A stretch of DNA of 64,000 bases from the human T2T-CHM13v2.0 reference genome, Homo sapiens: assembly GCF_009914755.1 (NCBI RefSeq), contig NC_060929.1; one strand, 5' to 3'. A program made the translations under genes and the position numbers. Below, in pieces: positions 1-14,639 of this stretch (its first letter is position 1; every line of letters starts with the position of its first letter). Below the pieces are notes generated by a model. It made no database searches. It was not told the DNA's origin and saw only the letters and a list, made by a program, of their open reading frames with translations.

Positions 1-856
1 GCAGTATGTCCATGGTGGCCCAGTTTTATGGTATGACTGTCACATTTATTTTAGAGAGCTGTATCTATAGCCTATTTCATCAGTCTTCCCTGAAATTCTA
101 TAGGACATTTAAGACCCTCTAGAAAATTGCCTTTCTACTTAAACTAGCAGAAAGACTGTTTTCTGCAATGTGACATATCTAATACAGGTTGAAATTATTA
201 TTCTCATTTTGTGGAGGAGGGAATAAGGCTTAGCGATGGTAGTAAGCTGGTAAAGCAGCTCTCTGGGAAAAAAAGTGCCCTTATTTGTAGCACTTGCCCC
301 CACCTCTGGTGCATACTCCCACCAACACCACTTTCAAACCCGCAAAGGTCATACAACTTTTAGGCAAGTCTCTTGAATACTTAGCAATTGGTTCTCACGA
401 GCTGGCTTCAGCTTCAATGCAGTACTGTTTAGAGAGTTTAAATAACTTTCCCACGGTCACTAAACCAGTAAATGTTTAATAAAAAGATCGAAAATAGAAT
501 GCTATTTATTCTGTCAGAAATAAAAAAGCTATACTTTATCAAGAGAGGTTTTCTTTTTTTTTTCTTTTTGCTGAAAACATAATGCTAAGCAGAAATTTGC
601 AACATATAGTATAAATGCCTTCAATGTCTTCACTTCAGGGAATTAGCTAATGAGTACCAAGGCAGAAGTGGAGAAGTTTTTAGTATCTTAAAATCTTTAG
701 GTAGGATTTGGAGGGGTAGTCATTGCCAATATTATTACACACACATGGCATAAAAGGGATTTAAACAGCTTAAGATGATAAAAGTTGCAGATGGGACTTA
801 AGGAGTGAGAAAGAATCCATCAATTAATAAATTTAAAATCAATGCTTCTTGACTTC

Positions 857-1246
857 TGCTATGGTTTGAGTTTTTCCAAAATACAGGTGTTACCAATTGA
901 TGCTATTAAAAGGTGAGGGCTTAGAGATGTAATTAGGTCATAAGGGCTCCTCCCCTCATGTGTGGTATTGGGTGCCCATATAAAAAGGATTTGACAAAGG
1001 ACTTTTATTTTTTTCTGCTCTTGTGTCCCTTCTACCATGTGAGGGCACAGCATTCAACTCCCCCAGAGGATGCAGCATCAAAGTGCCAACTTGCAAGCAG
1101 TGAGAAGCTCTTAAAAGACAGCTGAACCTGCAGCTCCTTGATCTTGGACTTTCTGTCCTCCAGAACTGTGAGAAAATAAGTTTTTGTTTTTTATATATTA
1201 CTCAGTCTCAGATATTCTTTCATAGCAGCACAAACAGTCTTAGACA
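857..1246 (+). mobile_element. MaLR solo LTR (MST/MLT1A type)
   Basis: Starts tgctatggtttg and ends tagcagcacaaacagtcttagaca (TG..CA). Near-perfect 5-bp TSD acttc/gcttc. Confidence 0.8.
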
Positions 1247-2071
1247 GCTTCTATGGAACTGAGTTTGTGCCTGAGGTAGTTATGTAGCCGGTCTCCTAGA
1301 AAAAATCCTGAAGACCCCAAGGAAAATGGAAACTGGACCTATTATCACTAATCCAAATAAACTTCTTATTTATTTATAAATAATCCTCTTATTTAGATTA
1401 GTGATAGTATTGGGTTTTTGACATTGTATGAGCAATCAAGAAACTGACAGTGTGCCTCCTATTTTTCTTTGGGTTTGTGAGGAAATTTGGTGCTAAGTCT
1501 AGTGAGTTGGACATGGCCATTCGATGGAGGCTCCCAAGAACAATGAAGTCAGGCATCTATTCTTTCTCTCACTGTGACTGTGATGACCTGGCCGAGGCAA
1601 ACACTTTCAGGTAGGTGCTCAGAAGAGACTTTAAAATGAGACGGCAGATTTTACTTTTAGAAATATGAACAAAGAACTGAATAAGATGCTAAAATAAGAG
1701 ATAAATTATGCAAATGCCTATAATAATGAACATTTCATAGGTCTTGACATTGAAAAATTGTAAGGTGAGAGTTGTAGGTAAGAGAACTCCAAAGAGAAAT
1801 GAATGGGTAATGAAAGATAGGACCTGGAAGGCCTAGATGTAGGTCTGCTCCACTCATTGAACACACCCAACAAGCTCCTAACATGCTCCAGGCACTATGC
1901 GGCGCTGCAGGAGACAAGGTATGGGCTGTGTCCTCTCAGGGAGTTATTCGCAAGAAGACATGATGAATTCTCTTTCTCTAGGTCAAATGACCAAATATGT
2001 TTTGATTTTAAACATTGTAAGAGAATAATACGGAAAAGTGTAATAAGATTAGAGATCTCAAAGTTCCTGTC

Positions 2072-3328
2072 TTAGTTTGGTGCAAAAGTAATTGAATTTT
2101 AAATCATTATAACGAGGCTTAAACACATCTTTATTAATCAGAATAGGAACCATTACAATCCACACATTTTTGCCAATGAGAAATACATTTTTTCATTACT
2201 GTAGTATAGAAATCCGTGCTTCAGGATTCAATGAACTCTTGAAAAGCATTTTCTGCATCCTGCTGGTTGTGGAAGCATTTTCCCTGCAAAAAGTTGTTGA
2301 GATGCTTGAGGAAGTAGTAGTTGGTTGGCAGAGGTCAGATGAATGTGGCGGTTGAGGCAAAACTTCATGGCCCAATTCATTCAACTTCTGATGCACTGGT
2401 TGTGTGATGTGCAGTCAGGCGTTGTGGAAAAGAATTGGGCCCTTTTTGTTGACCAGTGCTAGCTGCAGGCATTGCAGTTTTCAGTGCATCTCATTGATTT
2501 GCTGAGCATACTTCTCAGATGTAACAGTTGCAGTGAGATTCAGAAAGCTGTAGTGGATCAGACCAGCAACAGACCACCAAACAGTGGCCATGACCTTTTT
2601 TTGGTGCAAGCTTGGCTTTGGGAAGTGCTTTGGAACTTCTTCTCAGGCCAGCCACTGAGCTGGTCATTGCCAGTTGTCATATAAAATCCACTTTTCGTTG
2701 CATATCACAATCTGATCGAGAAATAGTTTGTTGTTGTTGCATAGAACAATGGAAGATGACACTTCAAAAAGATGATTTTTGTATTTTCAGTCAGCTCATG
2801 AGGCACCCACTTATTGACCTTTTTCACCTTTCCAATTTGCTTCAAATGCTGAACACTATAGAATGATTGACACTGAGTTCTTGGGCAACTTCTCTTGTAC
2901 TTGTAAGAGGATCAGCTTCAATGACTACTCTCAAATGGTCGTTGTCACTTTCCAATGGCCAGCCACTACGCTCCTCATCTTCAAGGCTCTCATCTCCTTG
3001 GCAAAACTTCTTGAACCACCATTGCACTGTACATTCATTAGCAGTTCTCAGACCAAATGCATTGTTGATGTTGTGAGTTGTCTTTATGACCCATTTCGAA
3101 CTCAAATAAGAATATTGCTTGAATTTGCTTTTTGTCTAACATCATTTCCATAGTCTAAAATAAACATAAAATAAACAGCAAGTAATAAGTCACTAGCAAA
3201 AAACATAAAGCGAGAAATGTCCATTAAAATGATATATAATATAATCACATTTATTTAAGAATGCATTGCAATATCAAACAGCAAATTCCAACAATGCAAA
3301 AACCACAATGATGTTTGCACCAACCTAA
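2072..3328 (-). mobile_element. Hsmar1 mariner DNA transposon, near full length, defective
   Basis: TIRs ttagtttggtgcaaaagtaattg and caatgatgtttgcaccaacctaa(ta). About 1.26 kb long, with internal transposase remnants. Confidence 0.95.
2134..3151 (-). pseudogene. Disrupted Hsmar1 transposase (homologous to the SETMAR transposase domain)
   Basis: ATG at 3151 (MEMMLDKKQI). ORF 2842-3105 reads NINNAFGLRTANECTVQWWFKKFCQGDESLEDEERSG (HTH region). ORF 2196-2396 reads QKLNELGHEVLPQPPHSSDL (degenerate YSPDL). Ends DCNGSYSD* at 2134, with multiple frameshifts. Confidence 0.92.
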
Positions 3329-4269
3329 TAATTCAAAAGGACAAAACATTTTGAGACTAAGAGAATTCCTTGAAAAGTAATGTGAATTATATAAATCTTG
3401 CTCTTCCTTATATATAATTGCTTTAGAAAATATTTTCCTTGGCTTCCTTTTATCATCTGTGATGAAACCTCTTTTGAGTAATTAGAAAACATTACTGCTT
3501 GACAAATAAGCACAAATGCTGAGAAAATAGGTATTTTAAAGATAAATGTGAAGATTCAATTTTATCTAGAAATGCTACTACTTTAAAGATAGAAATTGAT
3601 TTTAATTCTCCCAAAATCAGTGGCTAAGTGTGATAGATTCTTCCATTTTACTATTTCTTCCATCCATTCTGACATCTCCATTCATCTGCTGCTACCACAG
3701 CCTCATTTTTAAGCATTATATTACAATCCTAATGGTATGGAACAGATTTTGCTACTTCCAGTCCTTCTCAGCCCAAATCCGTCTTCTATAGTAGTTCCTG
3801 ACTAATTTTCCTAAATCATTGTTTCCGTGAGGCCAATCCTCTCCCACAGACTAATGATCTACAGTGTAGTTTATTAAAAGCATTATGGAAACTTGCCTCA
3901 AGTTAGAAAGAGCTTAGATGTCCAACAATAGAGTATTGTTAATATAATTTGGGGTATCAATAAAGTAAAATTATATACAGTCGTTAAGAATATGTTATAG
4001 AAAAAATATTGATCTGAAGAAAATATTTGCAAATTATTGAATATAAACATGAAACAAGGCATGTAACAGTATATATAAATTCTAGAGAAGGAACTATATA
4101 CTCTTTGATTCAAAACTTTTGTTTCTGAGACTTTTAAGAAAATAAAAAAGAAAGGGTAAAAAGAACCCAAGTTCATCTTCATCTAAGAATTGTTTTTAGT
4201 AGCATAAAAATTAGAAACTGCAAGTCCAAAAATACGTGATTAAATTTCCATTTCCAATCAAGAAGCCTG

Positions 4270-6005
4270 ACAAAAGACATTCAAAGTATATTATCTGACC
4301 ACAATAGAATTAAATTAGAAATCAGTAAAGTAATCTGGACAAAACTCAAATATTTAGAAAGAAAATTACACACTGCTAAATAACCCATGAGTCAAAAAAG
4401 AAATAAACAAAAAATTAAGATTTTTAAAAACTGAATGAAAATAAAAAAGACATATGAAAATCTATTGTTTACGACTAAGGCAGTAATCATAAGGAAATTT
4501 TTGCTCTAAATATCTAAATTAAAAAAGAAGAAGTCTCAAGTCAATGACATCAGCTTCCACCTTAAGAAAAAAGAATTTCAAGTTCCTTAAAAGATACAAA
4601 CTATTCTACTAAGCTCATTCATGAAGAAATAGATAACCTGAAGAGCACTATATCAATGAATGAAATTAAATTTAGAGCTTTAAAACTTTCCACGAAAATT
4701 CCATTTTCAGATGTCTTCACTGGTGAATTCTATGAAACATTTAAGGACGAAATAATAGCCTTGCAACCCAAACTCTTCCAGAAAATTGAAGTCTTCCCAA
4801 CTCATTCCACGAGGCCAGCATTATTACATTAAAGCCAGAAAAAGATATTATAAGAAAACTACAGAACGTTATTCCTCACGAACGGAGAGACAACAATTCT
4901 TACCAAATTATAACAAATAAAATAATAAACAATTTATTAAAAGGATAATACATCATGACCAAGTCGGGTTTATCTCAGGGATGCAAGGTTAATTTAACAT
5001 TTGAAAAACAATCAATGTAATTCACCATGTTGACAGACTGGGGAAAAAAAAAAAAGAGATGACGAAAAAGCATTTGACAAATGCCCAAAATCTAATCCCA
5101 ATAAAAACAGTCAGCAAAATAGGAATAAAAGGAACAACCCCAACCTGATCAAGGGCATCTACGAAACTGTACTGTTAGCGTCTTATTAATGATGAAAGAT
5201 GAAATGTTTTCCCCTAATATGAGGAAACAGGCAAGGATGTCTACTCTCTCCCTTCTATTCAACATTGTCCTGGAGGCTTTAGCCAGTCCAGCCAGTCAAG
5301 AAAAAGAAATAAGAGATATCCAGATTGGACATAAGAAAATAAAATTTTCTTTATCCACAGATGAAATGATCATCTACCTAGAAAACCCTATGGAATTTAT
5401 ATATATGTATTACATCTAATAAGTGAGTTTAACAAAGTTGGGAGATGCAAGATCAATATAAAAAATCAAGTCTGTTTCTATATACTAGGTACATACATAC
5501 ATACATAATTAAAATTAACATAATACCATTTATACTGGCATAAAAACATGCCATTAAATATGCATATTAGGGATAAATATGAAAAAAATGAACATGGCCT
5601 GTATATTGCAAACTAGCAAACATAATGAGAGAAATTAAAGTCTAAGTAAATAGAGATAAATGGCATGTGTTTGGATAAACATGACTAAAATATCAATTCT
5701 CCCTATTTGATCTACAGATATAATGAAATCCCAATTAAAATCTCAGCAGGCTCATCTGTAGATGTTGACAGCTAACTCTAAAATTCATGTGGAAATGCAA
5801 AGGGCATAGAATAGCCAAAACAACTTTTAAAAAGAAGAACTAAGTTATCTAACTTTTACTTCCTGTCTTCACATCTTGGTATAAAGTTACATTGATCAAA
5901 ATTATGATATTCAATCAAGATAGACAAATAGGTCAATGAAATAGCCCAGCAATAGACCTATACTTACATAATTAACTGATTTTCAACAAAGACATAAAGG
6001 CAATT
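4270..6005 (+). mobile_element. Old L1M fragment (ORF2 region), highly degenerate
   Basis: ORF 5189-5419 [36 protein letters not shown] is the L1 RT region. The surrounding sequence is A-rich and ORF2-like. Confidence 0.85.
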
Positions 6006-7085
6006 TAAAAATATGAGATCGTATAAATTATTTTGTATAGGATGCAGGTATTAAATTTTGCTATAAAAATGCACATGTCAACATATCGAGATTTTCCTGA
6101 TATATTAAGAGAAGAGTATAGGGTCTTAAACAGTAGGTAAATTATTATTCTATTTTTTAACGGGATCTATATTTTTTCAAAAGGATGCATATATACACAT
6201 ACACATATACAATAAAAATAATAGTAAGAGCCTAGAATTTTTATAATTTTAGTTTTGCTTTTAGTGTTTTTGCTTCTATTTTGTTATTTATTTATAATAG
6301 ACATGTACTATAATAAATGACAAAACCGAAACATTAAAATACTCTATAATTATTATATAAAATACAGTAAATATTGTTTTGGGGGAAAATTTATGTGTGT
6401 GGTATGAAGACTGAAAGATATATTCCAAATATTAACAAAGAGAGAGTTACAGATAGTCTTTTAGCTTTGTGTCTTCCTTGGTTTCCAAATATTTCACAGT
6501 GGGCACACTTGCTTTGAAAAATTATAAAGGCTATAAATATCATTTTTAAACTCTCAATAGTTCCATATAACCGTTGAGCTAAAGATCTAACTTCTTCATC
6601 TGACATGAAGATCGTACATGAACAACATGGCCCAATCTGACCTTCCTGCCTTTCCTCTGTCCCCACGCGAGTGCCCCCATTCTCCGCCTCATCACATCCT
6701 TCTGCTGACTCACCCACACTTCCTCTCCTCACTCCATTGCATTGCTGCCTCCACCCATCCTGCCGTCCGCTCGTACTTGGGCTGTGCTTCCCCCTCTGTG
6801 TCTGCCCACGTCACACCAACCTTTGAAGTCAAGTTCCTGCTGTCTGAAATTCTTCTGAGAAATGCCTTTATCAAGTTCCATCTCTAAATTCCTAGGGTTC
6901 TTCTGTCTCTCCCACGTGTTTGAAACCTAACCATATATGAGTTAAAGTATAAGCAAGTTTGAGATTGCAGGAGAGCCTATTTGATTCCACTGCCGTAATT
7001 GTACTTGATGTACATATTTACCCTATGCTAAAGAGGCTTAAGATTCTAGAACTGGATTGTTGGATCTTAAATCTTGGCTTTATAG

Positions 7086-7419
7086 AAAAGAACAAGATCA
7101 TGTCTTTGCGGGAACATGGGTGGAGCTGGAGACCATTATCTTTAGCAAACTAATGCAGGAACAGAAAACCAAATACCACACGTTCTTACTTATAAGCTAA
7201 ATGATACAAACCCATGGATACAAAAAGAAAGGAACAACAGACACTGGGGCCTACTTGAGGGTGAAGGTTGGGAGGAGGGAGAGGAACAGAAAAAATAACT
7301 ATTGGATACCGGGCATAGTACCTGGCTGATGAAATAATCTGTACAACAAACCCCTGTGACCCGAGTTTACCTATGTAACAGACTTGCACATGTACCCCCG
7401 AACCTAAAATAAAAGTTAA
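7086..7419 (+). mobile_element. L1PA (older primate, about PA13-16) 3' end fragment
   Basis: aagatcatgtctttgcgggaacatgg...aacctaaaataaaagttaa is typical L1 3' UTR sequence. Confidence 0.85.
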
Positions 7420-7730
<311 letters not shown>

Positions 7731-8189
7731 GAAAAAGAATATCTTGATCTTACTAGTTAATAGCTGTTGGTCTTGGGACAAAGTGTTTCACTTCTGTCTT
7801 AGATTTCTCTTTTAAGAATTGAGCATAAGAGAATTTATATCATAGAGTTGTTGCAGAGATTAAATAAATACTACCAAAAAGCATTCAGAATATTACCTGG
7901 TACATACTAGGCACTCAAATGATGTTAGCTATGCTAATATACCTATTGTTATCATTATCATCATACCTTAAGAACCAAGACTCAGTCATGTGTACATTTG
8001 GAGAACCCAGAAGTTTAGAGGCTCTTTAGGAAGCATTCTGAAATTTGGCTTCCTCATGTTTCATCCCCTTAGTTAATCTAAGCTTCCATACGTTATCTCT
8101 CTTAAAGAAGTATTTAGATGGCAAATAAAGTATTTAAATAGCAAAATTAATTTAGAGCTAATGTTTTGAGTGAAAATTGAATTTCCAAT

Positions 8190-8222
8190 TGCAAAGCCCA
8201 ATTTCGGCCACTAGGTGGCTAT
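8190..8222 (+). promoter_or_regulatory. Candidate CTCF site with upstream motif
   Basis: Core cggCCACTAGGTGGCta matches CCASYAGRKGGC. Upstream tgcaaagcc lies 6 bp before it. Confidence 0.6.
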
Positions 8223-8232
8223 AAAACACTAG

Positions 8233-8649
<417 letters not shown>

Positions 8650-9550
8650 AACACTAGCTATAATTTTTTAATCACCAAGAAATTTTTGTATTTTAAACAA
8701 ACGTTCAGTATTGCTTAAGTCATATTTTCTCCTTCAGCAAATAGAAAGACAGGAGAGAAAGCGAACTAGGAGTCACAACTCTTCCTCTTAGAGCCCAAGG
8801 GGCTTGTCAGAAGAGGTAGGCAGTGTTTCTGAGGACCTCCATAGCCTGCCTGCACACCCAGACAACAAGAAACCTGGCAAAGGTAGTGTTGTGTAAGAGG
8901 TACTGCTTACCTGACATGTGCACTCTGGATACGGCGAATATTGGTCTTTCCACCCCAATGCTACCTAACAATAGATAACTCCAGCCTCCCTCTGGCTAAC
9001 TGTTCTGTTGGTGGTGGACAGTGAATGCTATAGACTAACACAATTGGGACACAGGCTGAAGCAGGAAGATGAAGGCAGAAGAAAGGCTGGTTGCTGGGGA
9101 GGTTGTCAGAGACTCATCCAGCAGCCTGTGCAAGTTTAAGAGAAGGCCTAAGTGCCTATGGGGTCAGTGCTCTAATTTACGAATACAAAATATTTTTAGT
9201 CTCTGTATCTGCAGGTCCTAAACGTTTGGGTTTGAATTATAGGGTTGGTGACTGTATTTAAAGTTTTCTGATATATTCTCCTGGAGATGGCTGTCACCAG
9301 TCATTTCGTGCTCAGGAATAACTCTGTTTGCATGTGCAGGAAGAATGTCTCTGTAGCTCTTGCTGCTGCCTCTGCCTGGCACAGCTGTAGAGATGGAGAG
9401 AGAATCACATTCCATCTCCCTTTTGTTAGAGGAGAGAAGAGAAAGTAACTTCCAGATAGAGACCAAGTCTCCAACTGGTCTAAACGTGGACTCTATTCTT
9501 CTTCCTATAATACTACAAAGTGTTCTCTATAAATGAAACTTCTCAGAGGC

Positions 9551-9742
9551 TTTTTAAAAAATGTGGTAAACTATATAAAACATAAAATTCACCGTTTTAA
9601 CTATTTTTAAGTGTACAACTTAGTGGTATTTAGTACAAAGTTGTGCAACCATCACCACTATCCATTTTCAGGACTTTTTCATCATCCCAAATAGAAACTC
9701 TGTGTGCTAGTTATTAAACAATAGTTCCCCATTCCTCCTTTC
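9551..9742 (-). mobile_element. Old L1M (MB/MC type) 3' end fragment
   Basis: aacataaaattcaccgttttaactatttttaagtgtaca...catcaccactatccatttt. Confidence 0.7.
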
Positions 9743-10049
9743 CTGAGGGAGGGTTATTTTTAAGCTGTTTTGGTGCCCATAAAGTCGGTGGCTATGTTCA
9801 CACCTCTTTTTAAGCACTTTAACATTTCATTTATTTAAAGAATATTTACTAGGCAACTCTACTGAATGAAATATTAGGAATAGATTATCCAATAAATACC
9901 AATTCTTTTCGCAAAGGAGCTTGCAATGAATTGAGAAAGAGACATAAATAAATGATGTCAGTGCAGTGTGGTGAATGCTATGATAGAGAAAGGCAAAAAG
10001 AAAACTGGCAAGAGATCTAGCTTTTGTAGAACACAAACTGTCAGACTGC

Positions 10050-10190
10050 ACCAAGTACTCACCCACTTTGTTTCTCTTCACAACAGTCCTGTGAAGTGGC
10101 TACCATTATCACATTTTACAGGTAAAAAATCTGAAACCTCAAATGATCATGCAAGTTGCCCATGGATACTCAGGGTATAGTTTAGAGAGG
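10050..10190 (-). mobile_element. MIR fragment
   Basis: cacaacagtcctgtgaagtgg...cattttacaggtaaaaaatctga matches the MIR core. Confidence 0.55.
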
Positions 10191-10223
10191 TCAAGCACTA
10201 AACAAATAAGGAGTTATGGGTTC

Positions 10224-10357
10224 TTAGCCAGGCATGGTGGCACATGCCTGAGGTGGGAGGATCTTTTGAGCACAGGACCTGGAAGCTACAGGGAGCTATG
10301 ATCGTGCCACTGTACTCTAACCTGGGTGACAGAGCAAGATCTTGTCTCAGGAAAAAA
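10224..10357 (+). mobile_element. Alu right monomer (FRAM/AluJ-like) with internal deletion
   Basis: ttagccaggcatggtggcacatgcc...gagctatgatcgtgccactgtactctaacctgggtgacagagc. Confidence 0.8.
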
Positions 10358-11230
10358 GTTATGGATTCTAATCCATCTAATCCAGACTGTATAATTGACA
10401 AACTTCGTGCATTTAGGTTTTTTCCTACAGTTCTGTGGGCCTAATTTCCCTCTATAGAATGGCAGAGCTATACTACTACAAGACGCCTTAGGATTTTTTT
10501 CTTCAAGAAGATGGGAAGGAGTGAGTGGACATTGAAGAGTTCTCATCACAGATCTAAAGAAGAAACAAACTGAAGAAAATTCTGCACCTTTAGACTCAGT
10601 GTCAGGAGTACCCCAGAACAGAGATCCCATTATGCTGAGTGGAGTGGGGCTTTGGGATCACAGATATGAGACCTCTAAATAAATCTCAGGCATTAAGAAC
10701 TGCTTTGGAGACAGGCTGGACTTGGTCTGATAAGTTAATATCTTCCACAAAATTTATGTTTTCTGCCTAAATTTTTCGTTATTCTTATTCCCTATTAAGA
10801 CAGTTAACCAGCTCTACTTTCTAACCCCAGGGAAGGACTGTAGCAGGGTGATTTGTACTCAGAGCTACTTGCCTCACAGACTGTATGCAGGGAACAGAGG
10901 GAAATGCAGTACAACAAGAGTGAGAATGTAGATCTTAAATAAGAGTCTTCCAGACTGGGAGGGAGAGAGTAGAAGGCAATGGATGGGATTCTCAGAAGCA
11001 GGATCTGAATCCTGGTACTGCCAATGAAGTAGAGGTGAAAAATCTTCAGATACAAATGCACACAAGGCTGCTGTAGGCAGGCAGGATGGTAGCCTCACAG
11101 ATGTAGCAAATATGTCTAGATCTAGATCTCCACAAATACATAGTAAAATATGATGTTTCCAGGTCTTCACCAATGCTGTGCTTTCTGCTTGGAAAGGTCC
11201 CCTCTGTTTGTCTATTTGTTGACTCTCTAT

Positions 11231-11770
11231 TGTCAAAGCAAAATTGTACCACACAAAGTGAAACAGGCAAGGAAGACTTTCTTCAAGGCTACTGCAATAG
11301 GGAGTGAGACCAGAACGAAGTCTGAACTCAGGAGGTATTTTAAGAGCTGAGGTGAGCTAGTAGAAAAATACTGGAGGATGTTTGAAGGAGATTTATCAAT
11401 GGGATATGTCTAGCAAATTGAGTTATTTAAGTTTGCAAATGGTTTTCTTGGTGATTAGTTCACCCGAGCTTACTAATTGTCTCCATGGAAGTTAGGCTCT
11501 TATTCTCCCACAGAGACTGGAAGATAGGGCACAGTTTCCTTGATGATTACATTTCAGTGGAATGGCTCCAAGGTCCTTGAGAAGGACAGTTCTGAGTTGT
11601 ACAATTGGCAAGGGGCTTTTTAAAAGATTTATATCTCAAAGGGGGCAGATAAATAACTTACAAATATTCTAAAGTCAATGTTCTAAGAAGGAGAGGTCAA
11701 GGGCCTAGAATCAGAAAGAAACATGTCTAAAGTTTAGTCAAGCTGAAGGGAATATTAAAGCCATCTTGTA
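11231..11770 (-). mobile_element. ERV1-class solo LTR (MER67/MER31-like)
   Basis: gattacatttcagtggaatggctccaaggtccttgagaagg and gtctaaagtttagtcaagctga resemble this LTR group. The subfamily is uncertain. Confidence 0.6.
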
Positions 11771-14034
11771 AATTCCATCTTTAGTCATAGAAAATGTGGC
11801 CCACTTTCTGATTCTCTTTCCTTCTCCTATACCCAATATTGTATTCCAACATCTACAGAAACTCTGATTCTTGTTCATACATTCAACTCCAATGTATGGA
11901 ACTAAACTGCAAGTATCAATTTATATATTTAAGACATTTAAGGAAGAGACAATGTCTTTTTTCATCACTTAGTTCAATGATGATTGCATGGTTGAAAATG
12001 CAGAATAAATATTTGTTAAAATAAACTAAATCTTAGTAACTTATACAGGCTATTTTGACTACTCTCACTATTCGACCTTTCCGTGAAACTGGCCAATTTT
12101 ATCACTTTTCCCCCATCCATCTATCACATATAACTTGTTTTCCTGTTTGTTTGCTTTGTTTTGTTAATTTGAATAGTTTACAAACGTCCTTAATTTAAGT
12201 GACCAGAATTCTAATGTTATGTACTACTACTTAGTTTAAGCTCAGTTCAAAGACTGGGTGATTTTTGGCCAAATTCTCACCATTGTGACAGTAAGTTTTC
12301 TACTTTCTCTTTTAGTAACACCCATGGATGGTAAGAACAAAGAAGAACCTTCATGAGTGCTTTGATGGTAGCTCCTGGAAAAGTAGTTTGAGTAATAAAG
12401 TAGCTCCCAATTGCTCATCAGCTGAAAAACCAACTGCCCTTTATATAGTTCTACCATTATTTCTATACAGGCAGAGCCTTTGTTTTCACATGGTGAAGGA
12501 AAACCTTGAAGACATGGTTTGCATTGATTTCAAATTCCTCTTAAAATGACTCTAACAGGAGGAAATATTCTTTTGGTCTGAGTTATTCTGAATTGTATCT
12601 GTTTTGATTACATCTACCAGACAATTTTAGTTAGCTCTTAGCAGTAATCTTATTTAGCCATCCAGATGGCTGAAAATACCATGCCAACATCCTTTTCCTA
12701 TTGTATTGTTGACTAGACACAGCCTATTACCTTGAATTTCAGTTGGCTCACAAGCACACCCAAAACATGGAGTATAGTGTAGTTGATATTTTATATCTGC
12801 CAAGTGCTTTATTCTATTCCTGAGATTAATTTTAGCAATTGTGGACCGACAGTTATCCTTGTTGGTCACTAGACTAGTGTTTTGTACACAGCACCAATGG
12901 TTTATTATATGAATCTCTTCACATAAAAGAGTTAATATGTGTCTTCAAACTCTTATTGGCCAATTCTCAGAAAGTCAGTTATGTCCAGACCACCAGATGA
13001 CAAGAAAATAGCATCATATACATGTCTAATGATAAAGTGCATTTAAATTCATTTTGTTCTTGCTAGAACATAAGAACAATTTCTAAGTACAAAGAGGGTA
13101 GGTTTTTCAAGATAAAACATTTTTCTTATGACCCACTGTTTTGCAAATACCTCTCCCCCAAGTCCCTTTATTTTTTCATTGCCTTGTTTTTCTCAATTAC
13201 AGAGTATTTTTAATATGGTTATCTGATTTATTCACATGGGGATTGATATGTCTGCTAGGTTGAAAATAAGTTGTATGATAAAAATACATAAGATGGACTC
13301 TCAAGGGAAGAATATATAAGACGTTTCTTTAGCACTTTTAAGTCTGAGTCTGTGATTGGAGTCTTGTTTGTGAGAGGTTTGTTATTTATATTAGTTTTTA
13401 AAATGTTTCCTCCTAAATATCTTCTGTATAAGAAAAAGAAATAAGAGTACACATTTAGATGCTTTAAAAAACCCTGCTCTTTTGTAGCTGACATCTTATT
13501 AATTAGGTGTGACATTAGGCTCTGATGCTGGGGAAACATTGCCATTAGTATACTTTACTAAGGCTAGTTCATGGTGTTTTATATCTTTGGATGTCCTTCA
13601 AGTTTAAGATTTTTGTTTATATCCATAGAGGTTTGGAATGATGTCATCGAAGAATTGTATTTCTAGTTCCCTCATGAGAAAGGTCATGTCTCTTCAAGGC
13701 CATGGAAACATGATTGAATTTGCTTTAAATAAATTACATTCTGTTAAGATAGCTCAAACTGCTACAGTTAACCACTTCTCAATCTGTATATCTGCTGTAA
13801 AGGAAAACAAAAAAAGAATAGTCTAACAAAGATAATCATCTTGCTCCAGTTTTTCTCAAGGAGAAATTTCATGGTATGCATGCACATGGAAATCATTAAA
13901 TAAAAGAGACAAAATGTAATATATTTAGTATCAGTCATAAAAGAACTGTTTTATAATAAAAAGTCTTCCCTGAAAACAAAGCCCTTACCCACAGATGAGA
14001 GAGCTAGGCTGTCTAAGAGATGTCAATTTTCTTT

Positions 14035-14270
14035 AAGCCTGATTCTAGACAGATACATGAGCAAATTACTCCTCTTCTTAGCTGTGCTAGCTTGGAAAGT
14101 TATTTCAGGTCAGTTGACTTTCATGTTCATCAGTGTCCTCATCTGTAAGAAGGGAATAAAACCACCTGTCTCTTAAGGCTGATGTGACAATTAAATAAGA
14201 CATTCTATAAAGCACTTAAGAAAAACAGTTGGTGCATATTACATTCTCAGTAAATACTAGCCATTATTCA
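14035..14270 (+). mobile_element. MIR
   Basis: cctcatctgtaagaagggaata...ataaagcactt...cattctcagtaaatactagccattatt. Confidence 0.65.
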
Positions 14271-14639
14271 TTTTGTGAATAATCAGGGGAGGAAAGGTCA
14301 GAGAAAATAGGTGAAATATCTACTGGAGAAATATGAGAATCAGATCAAGAAAGTTTCATGGTTCTCTTAGCTCTCGAGTTGACTGTGGGTAACAACATTT
14401 CTTCTTTCTTCTCCACACATTTTCCTTGTCTTTCCTTTTCAAGAAACCCACAGGGGTGTTCCACCCTCCAAATTACATTCTTATTTTCTTATTAACAACA
14501 GGTTTCTAGGACCCAGCCTACTTTCCTCTCCTCTTGGAAACTGCCACTAACATACTGTCTCTGAATGTCCTGTTTCTTCCAATCTGCTAGAATGGGGTAT
14601 GTCTTCTCCACCTCCTTCTTTCATTTCTGCCCTGAAAGT

